Assembly (NCBI GenBank): GCA_945872305.1
Contig: CAMCAC010000001.1
Location: 2,970 to 66,969, forward strand
From: Candidatus Kuenenia stuttgartensis
GTDB lineage: Bacteria; Planctomycetota; UBA11346
Direction of reading: 5' to 3'
DNA: 64,000 nt
Below are positions 46,658-55,886 of this stretch, one piece after another. The position numbers and the translations under genes are program-made. Below the pieces are notes generated by a model. The model saw only the letters and a program-made list of their open reading frames with translations, was not told where the DNA came from and did not search any database. Each line of letters begins with the position of its first letter. Position 1 is the first letter of the stretch.

Positions 46658-48444
46658 TGTCCGCCTGCACCCACACCTTTCGCGATCCGGCCCGGCGCTG
46701 CCCCCACCCGGCCACCGCCAGCGGTCACTGCCTGTGGCACAGCCCCCGGGTGCGCAAGGGCGATGGCTATGTCCGCGCCCTGGTCGAACAGGCTCTAATC
46801 ATCGGATCCCTGGCCGAGGCGCATCTCGCCCACGCCCGGCTCGCCGGCATGGACCTGAGCGACCGGGATCTGGCGGGGGCGGATCTGCGCGATGCGGATC
46901 TGCGCGGCGCCCGGCTTGCGGGGGCGGACCTTTCTGGCGCCTGTCTGCGCCGGTGCGACCTGACCGGCGCGGACCTCACGGGCGCCCACCTGCGCGGCGC
47001 CGACCTGTCCGATGCCCGGTTGGGCCGTGCGCTGCTGGCGAATGCGGACGCCGCCGGCGCCCTGGTCGAGGGCACCGACCTGCGGGCGGCGGATTGCACC
47101 GGCCTGAATCTGGAGGGGGCCCGGATCGGCCGCTTCCACTGGAACCGTCTGACCCGCTTCGACGGCGTCCGTGGCCTTGAGCCGCGGACCGGCGATCCCG
47201 ATGAGACCCAGGCATTCCCCGCGCCCCTCGCCCTTGCCGGGGCGGTGGCCGGCGGCCTGGCGGATCCGGATCCGGATGCGGAGCGCACCCGCACCTATGC
47301 CCCGGTGACCGACGAGCCGGCGCCGCCGGTGAGCGTGGACCGTTCCCACGCCACCACCACATCCGCCGCCCGGATTCCGGATGCCGCCCCCGTGCCGCGT
47401 CGCCGTCCGTGGCGACCGGTGCTCGGCCTGGTGGCGGTCGCCGCCCTGGCAGCCGGCGCCGGCTGGTGGGGGGCCCCGCGTGGCGGCGAGACCGACGGCT
47501 CCCTGGCTGGCCAGGTCCGCCAGCTCGCGGATCAGCACGATGCCACCCTGGCGGAGCTCGCGGCCACCCGTCAGCGGCTTGCCGATGCGGTCGCCGATGC
47601 GGATGCCTCCCGGGAGGAGGTACGCCTTGTCCGCACCACCGGCGCCCAGGCCGCCGCGGAGCGCGATCAGGCCCTGGCCCGGGCCCGGGCCGCGGATCTC
47701 GAAGCGTTGCGCCTGCACGCCGCCGACGACCGCGCCCTGACCTCGGCGGTGACCATCGATGAGCTGCGCACCCGCCTGCGCGAACTGGCCCAGGGTTCGA
47801 GCCGCCAGGAGAGCGTGGCGCGGATCCTCGCCGCCGGGGTCGAGCGGCTCCAGGCGGAGAACGAGCGCCTGGGCCGGGTCCGCGATGACACCGTGGCCCT
47901 GCGCCATCGCCTGGACCGGATCGGCGAGGAGCGTGATCGCCTGGCCGGGGAACTGGCCATGGTGCGCAGCGACCGGGACCGCGTGCAGACCTCCCTGACC
48001 AAGGCCAAGGGCGACCTGGAAGCCGCGGACCAGGCCATCGGCCGCTACCTGGCCCGGCTGTCGGCGAGCAACCTGCAGGAGGCCCTGGGTGATGACCTGG
48101 AGGCCCTGCCCATGCACGAGGTCGCCCCGGGTTCCGCCATCGCCCTCGCCGGCCGCTACGCCATGACCCTGCGGGTCGATCCGGTCGAGGCGGCCCAGCC
48201 CACCGTGGGTGTGCGCCTGGTCCTCCAGCGCCCCGCCGCCGAGGCGAGCCCGGATGTCGCCATCGTCCTCTACGACCAGGATCGCAAGCCCCTGCGCCGG
48301 GTCGCCCTCGGCTTCCCGCACACCGATGGCGGGCCGCCGGTCATCGCCGGCAGCGCCAGCGTCGGCTGCGACCGCTTTCCGCGCTTCGCCCGGGTGATCG
48401 TCACCCCGGCGGGTGGCGCCGCCAAGGAAGCCTCCCTCCGCTGA
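46657..48444 (+). CDS. Pentapeptide-repeat protein with Cys-rich N-terminus, a TM segment and a long coiled-coil
   Basis: N-terminal CTHTF…RCPHP…HCLWH. Pentapeptide repeats (A[DN]LxG…: LAGMDLSDRDLAGADLRDADLRGARLAGADLSGACLRRCDLTGADLTGAHLRGADLSDA). TM segment RPVLGLVAVAALAAGAGWW, then heptad-rich segment. Confidence 0.65.
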   Translation: MSACTHTFRDPARRCPHPATASGHCLWHSPRVRKGDGYVRALVEQALIIGSLAEAHLAHARLAGMDLSDRDLAGADLRDADLRGARLAGADLSGACLRRCDLTGADLTGAHLRGADLSDARLGRALLANADAAGALVEGTDLRAADCTGLNLEGARIGRFHWNRLTRFDGVRGLEPRTGDPDETQAFPAPLALAGAVAGGLADPDPDAERTRTYAPVTDEPAPPVSVDRSHATTTSAARIPDAAPVPRRRPWRPVLGLVAVAALAAGAGWWGAPRGGETDGSLAGQVRQLADQHDATLAELAATRQRLADAVADADASREEVRLVRTTGAQAAAERDQALARARAADLEALRLHAADDRALTSAVTIDELRTRLRELAQGSSRQESVARILAAGVERLQAENERLGRVRDDTVALRHRLDRIGEERDRLAGELAMVRSDRDRVQTSLTKAKGDLEAADQAIGRYLARLSASNLQEALGDDLEALPMHEVAPGSAIALAGRYAMTLRVDPVEAAQPTVGVRLVLQRPAAEASPDVAIVLYDQDRKPLRRVALGFPHTDGGPPVIAGSASVGCDRFPRFARVIVTPAGGAAKEASLR

Positions 48445-48476
48445 GCGGCTGGACCCGGTGCGGCGGCGGTGAGCCT

Positions 48477-49649
48477 GTGCACATGCATCCCCGGCTCGCT
48501 CCGCTCACCGTCACGGTCCGCGATCCCCAGGGCCGCCCGCGGCCCGGCGTGCCGGTCACGGCGACCCCGCGGACCCTGCCCCTGGCGGTCGGCACCTGCC
48601 TGGCCCACCATGCCTGGGCGGATCCGGTCCTGGGCCCCGGCTACCGGGCCTTCGCCGAAGCGGTCTGCCAGGTGGCGGTGGGTGAGAACGAGTGGAAATG
48701 GTACCACACCGACCCCGAGGGCTGGGCCGGCCGCTGGGCCGACGCCGAGGCCCTGTGGCACTGGTGCCACGAGCGCGGCATCGCCGTGCGCGGCCACTGC
48801 CTGACCTGGGACAAGGCCCGCTGGGTCCCGGCCTGGGTGAGAGCCCTGCCGGCTCCGCAGATCATGGCCGCGGTCTATCACCGCATCGGAGATGCCACCC
48901 TGCGTTGGCGCGGCCGGGTCACCTGCTGGGATGCGTGCAACGAGCTGCTCGACGGTGGCTGGCTGGAGGGGACGCTCGGCGTGGGATCCACCGCACGGCT
49001 GCTCCAGGCCGCCCAACGTTACGACTCGGCACCGCTCTTCGTCAACGAATACGGGATCCTGGACAGCGACGAGAAGCTCGGCCGCTACCTCCAGCTCATC
49101 GCCGGCCTGCGGGCCCAGGGCGCCCCGGTGGGTGGCATCGGCATCCAGGAGCACGCCGCGGAGCGCTGCGTGGTGGATGCGGCGGCGGCCGCCGCCGAGG
49201 CGGACCGTCCGGAGCGCCAGGGCCGGGGTCCGCTCATCGTCCCCGAGATGCACCGCCGGTTCGACCGCCTGGCGGTCACCGGCCTGCCCATCCACCTGAC
49301 CGAGGTCAGCGTGAAGACCCCGGACCTGGGCAAGCGGGCCGAGGCCCTGGGCATCCTCCTCGACACCGCCTGGGACCACCCGGCGGTGGAGGTCTTCATG
49401 CTCTGGGGCTTCCACCCGCAGGTCCACTGGTTGAAGGATGATGCCGCCCTCACCGACGCCGGCGGCCAGCCCAACCGTGCCGGCCAGGTCCTCCTCGACC
49501 GCCTGGCCCGGTGGAAGGCCCTGGTCCATGGCACCACCGGTGCCGACGGCACCTGCACCCTCGCCGTTCCCCGGGGCCGCCTGGCCATCGCCACGCCCCT
49601 GGCGACGGTGGAGGCTGACCATGCGGCCATGGTCAGCGTGACCGGCTAG
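48477..49649 (+). CDS. Glycoside hydrolase family 10-like protein (xylanase fold)
   Basis: GHCLTW, acid/base WDACNE, nucleophile region HLTEVSV. Divergent member. Confidence 0.7.
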   Translation: MHMHPRLAPLTVTVRDPQGRPRPGVPVTATPRTLPLAVGTCLAHHAWADPVLGPGYRAFAEAVCQVAVGENEWKWYHTDPEGWAGRWADAEALWHWCHERGIAVRGHCLTWDKARWVPAWVRALPAPQIMAAVYHRIGDATLRWRGRVTCWDACNELLDGGWLEGTLGVGSTARLLQAAQRYDSAPLFVNEYGILDSDEKLGRYLQLIAGLRAQGAPVGGIGIQEHAAERCVVDAAAAAAEADRPERQGRGPLIVPEMHRRFDRLAVTGLPIHLTEVSVKTPDLGKRAEALGILLDTAWDHPAVEVFMLWGFHPQVHWLKDDAALTDAGGQPNRAGQVLLDRLARWKALVHGTTGADGTCTLAVPRGRLAIATPLATVEADHAAMVSVTG

Positions 49650-49723
49650 GCCCCGGTGGGGGCCGGGAATGGCCCGGGAACCGTCTTCCCTCCCGCCGGC
49701 CAGGGCCACCATCCCGCCCCGCC

Positions 49724-52378
49724 ATGAGCACCGCCGCCCCCGTCTACGACCCCGCCGCCATCGAGCCTGTCTGGCAGGCCCGCTGGGATGCCGCCGGCCT
49801 GCACGAGGTCCGCGACGATGTGCCCCGGGACAAGTGCTACTACGTCCTGGAGATGTTCCCGTACCCGTCGGGCAAGCTGCACATGGGCCATGTGCGCAAC
49901 TACTCGATCGGCGACGCGGTGGCCCGCTACAAGCGCATGCGCGGCTTCCAGGTCCTGCACCCGATGGGCTGGGACTCCTTCGGCCTGCCGGCGGAACAGG
50001 CGGCCATCGAGCGCGGCGCCCACCCCAAGGCGTGGACCTACGAGAACATCGCCCACATGCGCGGTCAGCTCCAGCGCATGGGCTTCAGCTATGCCTGGAG
50101 CCGCGAGTTCGCCTGCTCCGACCCCGGCTACGCTGCCCGGGAGCAGGACATCGTCCTCGACCTGGTCGAGCGCGGGCTGGTCTACCGCAAGTCGTCCCTG
50201 GTGAACTGGTCCACGGGGCTGAACTGCGTGCTCGCCAACGAGCAGGTGGTCGATGGCAAGTGCTGGCGCACCGGCACGCCGGTCATCCAGAAGGAGTTGC
50301 CCCAGTGGTGCCTGCGCATCACCAGCTACGCCGAGGAACTGCTCAAGGGCCTGGACCAGCTCCAGGGCGGCTGGCCCGACGCGGTGCTCGCCCAGCAGCG
50401 CAACTGGCTCGGCCGCAGCGAGGGCGCCGAGATCGACTTCGCCGTGGACGGCCATCCCGAGGTCACCCTCACGGTGTTCACCACCCGGCCCGACACCCTG
50501 TTCGGTGTCACCTTCGTCTCCATCGCCCCGGAGCACGCGGCCCTGGATCGCATCGTCCCCGCCAGCCACCGGGCCCAGGTCGAGGCCTTCAAGGCCGAGG
50601 TCCGCGCCACCAGCGCCCAGGAGCGCATGGGCGACACCGCCGAGAAGAAGGGCTGCCCCACCGGCGCCTTCGTCATCAACCCCGCCACCGGCGCCAAGGT
50701 GCCCCTGTACGCCGCCAACTTCGTGGTCGCCGACTATGGCACCGGCGTGGTCATGGCGGTGCCGGCCCACGACGACCGTGATCATGCGTTCGCCGTGAAG
50801 TACGGCCTGCCGGTCATCGAGGTCATCCGTCCCGCCGCCGGCGAGGCGAAGCCCGTGGCCGAGGCGGCGTACACCGACCCCGGCGTGATGACCGGCTCCG
50901 CGCAGTTCGATGGCGTGGCCTCCGAGGAGGCCAAGGGCGCCATCACCGCCTGGCTCGAATCGATGAAGAAGGGCCGCAAGGTCGTGACCTGGCGCCTGCG
51001 CGACTGGGGCATCTCGCGCCAGCGCTACTGGGGCAACCCGATCCCGTTCACCTACTCAGACACCCTCGGCATCGCCCCGGTCCGCAAGCAGGACCTGCCG
51101 GTGGCGCTGCCGATGGATGTGGCCATCGATGGCAAGGGCAATCCCCTGGAGCGGCACCCGACCTGGGCGGTGACCGCCAACGACGGCTCGCCGCTGACGG
51201 TGAAGGGGCCCACCGGCCCCGAGCCGGCCCGGCGCGAGACCGACACGATGGACACCTTCATGGAGTCGTCCTGGTACTTCGCCCGCTTCACCTGCCACGA
51301 CAACCGCCGCGATGATCTCGGCTGCGCTGCGCCCCTGGACCGGGCCCGGGTCGACCACTGGCTGCCGGTGGATCTGTACGTGGGCGGCATCGAGCACGCG
51401 GTGCTCCACCTGCTCTACGCCCGCTTCTTCACCAAGGCCCTGTCGGACCTCGGCTACACCGGCGTGCGTGAGCCGTTCAAGCGCCTGCTCTGCCAGGGCA
51501 TGGTGTGCATGGAGACCCTGTACCGCGAGGGCTCCGACGGGAAGAAGCAGTACTTCTACCCCGACGAGGTCGAGGTCGAGCGCGACGCCAAGGGCCGCGT
51601 GGTCAGCGCAGTGGCCAAGTCCGACGGCCAGCCGGTGCTGGTCGGCCGGGTCGAGAAGATGTCCAAGTCCAAGCGGAACACCGTCGATCCCCAGGCCCTG
51701 GTCGACCTGTACGGCGCCGACACCTGCCGCCTGTTCGTGCTCTCGAACGTGCCTCCGGAGCTGGATGTGGTGTGGAGCGAGGACGGCGTGAAGGGCTCGC
51801 ACCGCTTCCTCAAGCGGGTGTGGGTCCTGGCCCAGGAGCAGCGCGACCGCCTGCTCGCCGTGCCCGCCTTCGCCGGCCATGTGCGCGAGCTGTCCGGCGC
51901 CGACCAGGCGGTGGGCCGCAAGATCCACGCCACGGTCAAGCGCTGCACCGATGCCCTGGAGAAGGACTTCGCCTTCAACACCGCCATCGCCGCGTGCATG
52001 GAGCTGTCGAACGAGCTCGACCCCGCGGCCCTGAGCCCGGCGGTGCTGCGCGCCGGCATCGAGACTCTGATCCGCCTGCTCGGCCCCATGGTCCCGCACC
52101 TGGCCGAGGAGCTGTGGGCCGCCTACGGCCACGCCGAGGGCCTGAACGCCGCCGGCTGGCCATCCTACGACGCGGAGCAGATCGCCGCGGACGAGGCCGA
52201 TTACCCGGTGCAGATCCAGGGCAAGGTCCGCGCCAAGATCAGCCTGCCCCGCACCCTCACCGGCCCCGCCCTGGAAGCCGCCGTCCTCGGCCACCCGGAT
52301 GTGGTCGCCGCCCTCGCCGGCAAGCCGGTGAAAAAGGCGATCATCGTGCCGGGGAAGATCGTCAACCTGGTGGTCTGA
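49724..52378 (+). CDS. leuS: Leucyl-tRNA synthetase
   Basis: YYVLEMFPYPSGKLHMGHVRNYSIGDAVARYKRMRGFQVLHPMGWDSFGLPAE (HIGH-type motif), the CP1 editing domain, and KMSKSKRNTVDP (KMSKS). 884 aa. Confidence 0.95.
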   Translation: MSTAAPVYDPAAIEPVWQARWDAAGLHEVRDDVPRDKCYYVLEMFPYPSGKLHMGHVRNYSIGDAVARYKRMRGFQVLHPMGWDSFGLPAEQAAIERGAHPKAWTYENIAHMRGQLQRMGFSYAWSREFACSDPGYAAREQDIVLDLVERGLVYRKSSLVNWSTGLNCVLANEQVVDGKCWRTGTPVIQKELPQWCLRITSYAEELLKGLDQLQGGWPDAVLAQQRNWLGRSEGAEIDFAVDGHPEVTLTVFTTRPDTLFGVTFVSIAPEHAALDRIVPASHRAQVEAFKAEVRATSAQERMGDTAEKKGCPTGAFVINPATGAKVPLYAANFVVADYGTGVVMAVPAHDDRDHAFAVKYGLPVIEVIRPAAGEAKPVAEAAYTDPGVMTGSAQFDGVASEEAKGAITAWLESMKKGRKVVTWRLRDWGISRQRYWGNPIPFTYSDTLGIAPVRKQDLPVALPMDVAIDGKGNPLERHPTWAVTANDGSPLTVKGPTGPEPARRETDTMDTFMESSWYFARFTCHDNRRDDLGCAAPLDRARVDHWLPVDLYVGGIEHAVLHLLYARFFTKALSDLGYTGVREPFKRLLCQGMVCMETLYREGSDGKKQYFYPDEVEVERDAKGRVVSAVAKSDGQPVLVGRVEKMSKSKRNTVDPQALVDLYGADTCRLFVLSNVPPELDVVWSEDGVKGSHRFLKRVWVLAQEQRDRLLAVPAFAGHVRELSGADQAVGRKIHATVKRCTDALEKDFAFNTAIAACMELSNELDPAALSPAVLRAGIETLIRLLGPMVPHLAEELWAAYGHAEGLNAAGWPSYDAEQIAADEADYPVQIQGKVRAKISLPRTLTGPALEAAVLGHPDVVAALAGKPVKKAIIVPGKIVNLVV

Positions 52379-52389
52379 GCCTCAGGCTT

Positions 52390-52512
52390 CCTCTGCGTCT
52401 CTGCGTCCTTCGATCCGGGCGCAGAGACGCGGAGGAGCGCAGAGGCCGCAGAGGACTGCCAACCGAGGGAGACGCCTCGATCCGGGCACAGAGACGCGAA
52501 GGAGCGCAGAGG
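52390..52512. repeat. Repeat/hairpin-rich convergent intergenic region: inverted repeat CCTCTGCGTCTCTGCG / CGCAGAGACGCGGAGG and two direct copies of TCGATCCGGGCRCAGAGACGCGRAGGAGCGCAGAGG
   Basis: Direct copies at 52410-52445 and 52477-52512; hairpin 52390-52436. They lie between convergent leuS and aas and probably form bidirectional terminators. Confidence 0.4.
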
Positions 52513-52617
52513 ACAGCCAGCAGAGGCAGGCCAGCGGGCAGGTCGTGCCGGTCATTCCTGCTTGTCTCTGCACCCCTCTGCGCCTCTGCGCCAGCCCGCC
52601 GCAGGCGTCTGCTCAAT

Positions 52618-54768
52618 CTATCGGGCCAACGCGGCGATCCCCGCCAGGTCCATCTTGCCGGTGCCCAGGCGCGGGATCGCGTCGACGCGCTTGGCGTCCT
52701 TGGCCCGGGGCTTCCACAGGGGGGCGAGCGACAGTCCGGCGAGCAAGGATTCCCAATCACCGTCCCAGCCGGTGTGCAGGACCACCAGTTTCTCGCCCTT
52801 GGTCGGATCGGGGACCGCGGTGACGGCGCTCTCACAGGTGGCGCCGGCGGTGATCAGGGCGCCTTGGACCGCCTCCTGGACCAGATCCAGGGGCACCATC
52901 TCGCCGCCGATCTTGGCGAAGCGCGACAGCCGGCCGGTGATGGTCACGAAGCCGTCCGCATCGACGCGGCCGCGGTCGCCGGTCCGGTAGCCGCCGTCGC
53001 ACAGGGCCGCGGCGGTCAGGTCGTCACGGTCCCGATAGCCGCGCATGCGGGAGGGCGACCAGACCACGAGCAGGCCTTCCTCGCCGGGGGGCAGCACGCG
53101 GCCGCTTTCGGGATCCACGGCGGCGATGTGTACGCCCGGGAGCGGGCGGCCCACCGAGCCGTCGCGGCTGCGCTCCTCGGTGACCCGGCCCTTGGTGAAC
53201 GCGGGCAGGTTCACCGTCGCCACCGGGGCCAGTTCCGTGCAGCCATAGCCCTCCAGGAGCGGTGAGCCGTAGCGCTCGCGCCAGGCCGTGCGCAGTTCGC
53301 CCGGACAGCGTTCGGCGCCGAGGATGGTCATGCGCAGGGCCGCGGCCTGGGCCGGTTCGATGCGCCGCATCCAGCCGCGGGCGAAGGTCGGTGTGCCCAT
53401 GAGGAGGGTCGGGCGCAGCGTCTCCATCAGTTTCGCAAGCCCGGCGCCGTCGTTGGGATCCGGCTGGGCCGCCAGAGGCAGGCCGCTGGCGAGGGGGAAC
53501 CACAGCCCTGGGACCAGGCCGAAGGAATGGAACAACGGCAGCGGGCTGCATGCCCGGTCGTCACTGCGGGCACGGAACGCGCTGGCGATGCCATCGCACT
53601 GGGCGAGCACCTGGCGGTGGGTCAGCTCCACGCCCTTGGGCTCGCCGGTGCTGCCGCTGGTGAACACCAGGCAGGCCACCGCATCCGGATCCGCCGCCGG
53701 CGCCGGGGTGAGCAGCCGGGCCAGGCCCCGGGCCAGGATCTCGATCCGCGGGATGCCGGGCAGGATCTCCTCCAGGTCGATCAGCCGCACCGGCAGTTCC
53801 GGCAGCTTGATCTTCTGGCGGTAGATCCGGCTGGTGACCACGGTGCGCAGGCCGGCCTTGCGGCACATCGCCGCGAGCTGGGCCGCACCGGCGGTATGGT
53901 TCAGGTTCACCGCCGTCCGCCCGGCCCAGGCGCAGGCCACATTCGCCAGCATGCCGCCACGGCCCGGCGGAAGCACGATGCCGAGGGCGTCCTCGTCCGC
54001 CGCCAGTCGCAGCCGCACCCGCAGAGCATCCGCCAAACCCGCCGCCAGGAGCCCGGTGAGCCGTCCGCCCGCGTCCATCACCGCCAAGCGGAAGGCGTTC
54101 GCCCGCAGTCCCGCCACGGCGGCACTGCCCAGGGTTCGCCGGTCCGCGGCCACTGCCGCCATGCCCAGATCGTGGACGATCCGGTCCACCGCCTGGCGCA
54201 GTGCCGGCGCGGTGGTGGAGGCTGGCAACGGGTCGCCGAAGCGCATCCGCACCACCGGCCTCCAACGCCATCCCCACCAGGGCCGCGGAGAGTGGCTCAC
54301 GATCGGGATGTCCCACAGCCCATGCAGACCCACCGGCACCACCGGGACCCCGGCCCGACTGGTGATGCGCTCGCATCCGGCCTGGAAGCGGTCGAGCTGG
54401 CCGCTGCGGCTCAGCTTCCCTTCGGGAAAGATGCCCACCGCCTGGCCGGCCCGGGCGCAGTCGGTGGCCGCGGTCATGGCCCCGGCCAAGGCCCGGTGGC
54501 CGGCGGTCTCGTCGATGGCGATGGCCCCGCCACGGCGGAGCAGCCATCCGATCACCGGCGCCTGGACCCAGCGGGCCCAGACCAGGAAACGGGACGGCCG
54601 CGGGGCGAAGGCCCACAGGATGATCCCGTCGAGAAGGGACAGGTGGTTCGCCGCCAGCAGCACCCCGCCCCGGACAGGAACGCGGTGGGTCCCCTCGACG
54701 CGGAGGCGGAAGCACAGGCGGAGGGCACAGCGGACCAGGGCGCGGAGGAGCCAGGGATCGGAGCTCAT
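52618..54768 (-). CDS. aas: Bifunctional lysophospholipid acyltransferase (PlsC-type) / acyl-[ACP] synthetase (Aas-like)
   Basis: N-terminal AANHLSLLDGIILW…FPEGKLSRSG (H(X)4D + PEG acyltransferase motifs). C-terminal AMP-binding domain LVFTSGSTGEPKGVELTHRQ…GYGCTE…GDRG…. Confidence 0.8.
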   Translation of the reverse strand: MSSDPWLLRALVRCALRLCFRLRVEGTHRVPVRGGVLLAANHLSLLDGIILWAFAPRPSRFLVWARWVQAPVIGWLLRRGGAIAIDETAGHRALAGAMTAATDCARAGQAVGIFPEGKLSRSGQLDRFQAGCERITSRAGVPVVPVGLHGLWDIPIVSHSPRPWWGWRWRPVVRMRFGDPLPASTTAPALRQAVDRIVHDLGMAAVAADRRTLGSAAVAGLRANAFRLAVMDAGGRLTGLLAAGLADALRVRLRLAADEDALGIVLPPGRGGMLANVACAWAGRTAVNLNHTAGAAQLAAMCRKAGLRTVVTSRIYRQKIKLPELPVRLIDLEEILPGIPRIEILARGLARLLTPAPAADPDAVACLVFTSGSTGEPKGVELTHRQVLAQCDGIASAFRARSDDRACSPLPLFHSFGLVPGLWFPLASGLPLAAQPDPNDGAGLAKLMETLRPTLLMGTPTFARGWMRRIEPAQAAALRMTILGAERCPGELRTAWRERYGSPLLEGYGCTELAPVATVNLPAFTKGRVTEERSRDGSVGRPLPGVHIAAVDPESGRVLPPGEEGLLVVWSPSRMRGYRDRDDLTAAALCDGGYRTGDRGRVDADGFVTITGRLSRFAKIGGEMVPLDLVQEAVQGALITAGATCESAVTAVPDPTKGEKLVVLHTGWDGDWESLLAGLSLAPLWKPRAKDAKRVDAIPRLGTGKMDLAGIAALAR

Positions 54769-54769
54769 G

Positions 54770-54790
54770 TTAACGATCGTTATCTATTTC
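54770..54790. promoter_or_regulatory. AT-rich island with a perfect 12-bp palindrome TAACGATCGTTA between divergent aas and STAS genes
   Basis: catGTTAACGATCGTTAtctatttc is the only markedly AT-rich ~25-bp tract in the window. The palindrome starts 3 nt from the aas start codon. Confidence 0.3.
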
Positions 54791-54835
54791 CGCCGGTGTC
54801 AAGCCAGCCCCCTTGGAGTGGCGCTCGGGGATCCC

Positions 54836-55167
54836 ATGATGCCTCCGTGGACCTGACCGACCGAGCCGGTGTGACCGTGATCCGCTGCGACCCGCAGCGG
54901 ACCCAGGAATTGCCGGGATTGGCGGACCGGCTGGCGGCAGTCGGCAAACTCCGCGCGGTGGTCGATCTGGATGGCGTCGGCTACCTGTCCTCGCTCCAGA
55001 TCGCCGCGATCATCAGCCTGCGTCAGGGTATGCATACCCGGGGCGGACGGCTCCTGATCGCCAACCTCTCCACATCGTTGCGCGCCGTGTTCCAGGTCCT
55101 CAAACTCGACCGGCTCTTCCGCCTCGACCTCGGTCTCGACGCCGCCGTCGAGGACGCCGCCCGCTGA
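54836..55167 (+). CDS. STAS-domain protein (anti-sigma-factor antagonist, SpoIIAA-like)
   Basis: 110 aa; …AVVDLDGVGYLSSLQIAAIISLRQGMHTRGGRLLIANLSTSLRAVFQVLKLDRLF has the SpoIIAA-type fold pattern with a conserved Ser in the DxxxVxYLSS region. Confidence 0.65.
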
Positions 55168-55301
55168 GCGGGCTGGTTCCGGGTTCGCTGCGCTCTCGTT
55201 GCGAGGGCTTCCCGTTCCGGGCCCGCTTCGCTCTCGTTCCGGTGACGGCGACGTGAACCCCAAACCTGCGACGCGCATGCAGCGGGCCCGAAACCCGGGT
55301 T

Positions 55302-55862
55302 TCAGACGGTCATGATGTCCTTGGTCTTCTCGGCCAGCAGCTTCTCGGCCTTGTCCTCGGCGGCCTTGAGCATGTCGGTGACCTTTTCGTTGGTCTTCTT
55401 CACCACATCCTCGGGAAGCTTGTCGGCCTTGGCGCGGTTCTCGATGCCCTTGAGGATGTCGCGGCGCACGTTGCGCATGACGACCTTGTGCTTCTCGCAG
55501 GCCTCCTTGGCCTGGCCCGCGAGCTGCTTGCGACGCTCCGTGGAGAGCGGGGGCAGGATCATGCGGATGACCTGGCCGTCATTCTGCGGGTTCATGCCGA
55601 GGGCAGCCTCCGTGAGCGCGCGGTCGATGGCCTTGAGCAGGCCCTTGTCCCAGGGCTTGATCATGATCGTCGTCGCATCGGGTACGCTGACGCTCGCGCA
55701 CTGGGACAGCGGCATCAGGGAGCCGTAGGCATCGACCCGCACGCCGTCGACGATGGCGGTGGTGGCGCGGCCGGTGCGGATGGCGCGGAAGTCATGCTCG
55801 AGGGCGGCGATGCCCTTGTCGAAGCGGGTCTTGGCGTCGGTGATCTCGGCGTCGAGGGCCAT
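55302..55862 (-). CDS. frr: Ribosome recycling factor
   Basis: 186 aa; …RFDKGIAALEHDFRAIRTGRATTAIVDGVRVDAYGSLMPLSQ…IKPWDK… is canonical RRF. Confidence 0.95.
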   Translation of the reverse strand: MALDAEITDAKTRFDKGIAALEHDFRAIRTGRATTAIVDGVRVDAYGSLMPLSQCASVSVPDATTIMIKPWDKGLLKAIDRALTEAALGMNPQNDGQVIRMILPPLSTERRKQLAGQAKEACEKHKVVMRNVRRDILKGIENRAKADKLPEDVVKKTNEKVTDMLKAAEDKAEKLLAEKTKDIMTV

Positions 55863-55886
55863 GGCGGTATCCTTAGCGGGGAATGG

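Noticed and set aside
52410-52512. Possible CRISPR array (direct repeats of ~36 bp)
   Set aside because: Only two repeat copies, with a ~30-bp spacer, embedded in palindromes and with no cas genes nearby. Better explained as REP-like terminator hairpins.
55168-55301. Direct repeats TTCGCTGCGCTCTCGTT / CTTCGCTCTCGTTCCGG and palindrome AAACCCGGGTTT downstream of frr
   Set aside because: Probably just the frr terminator region. The palindrome has no loop and a weak U-tract. Too little evidence to call a specific element.
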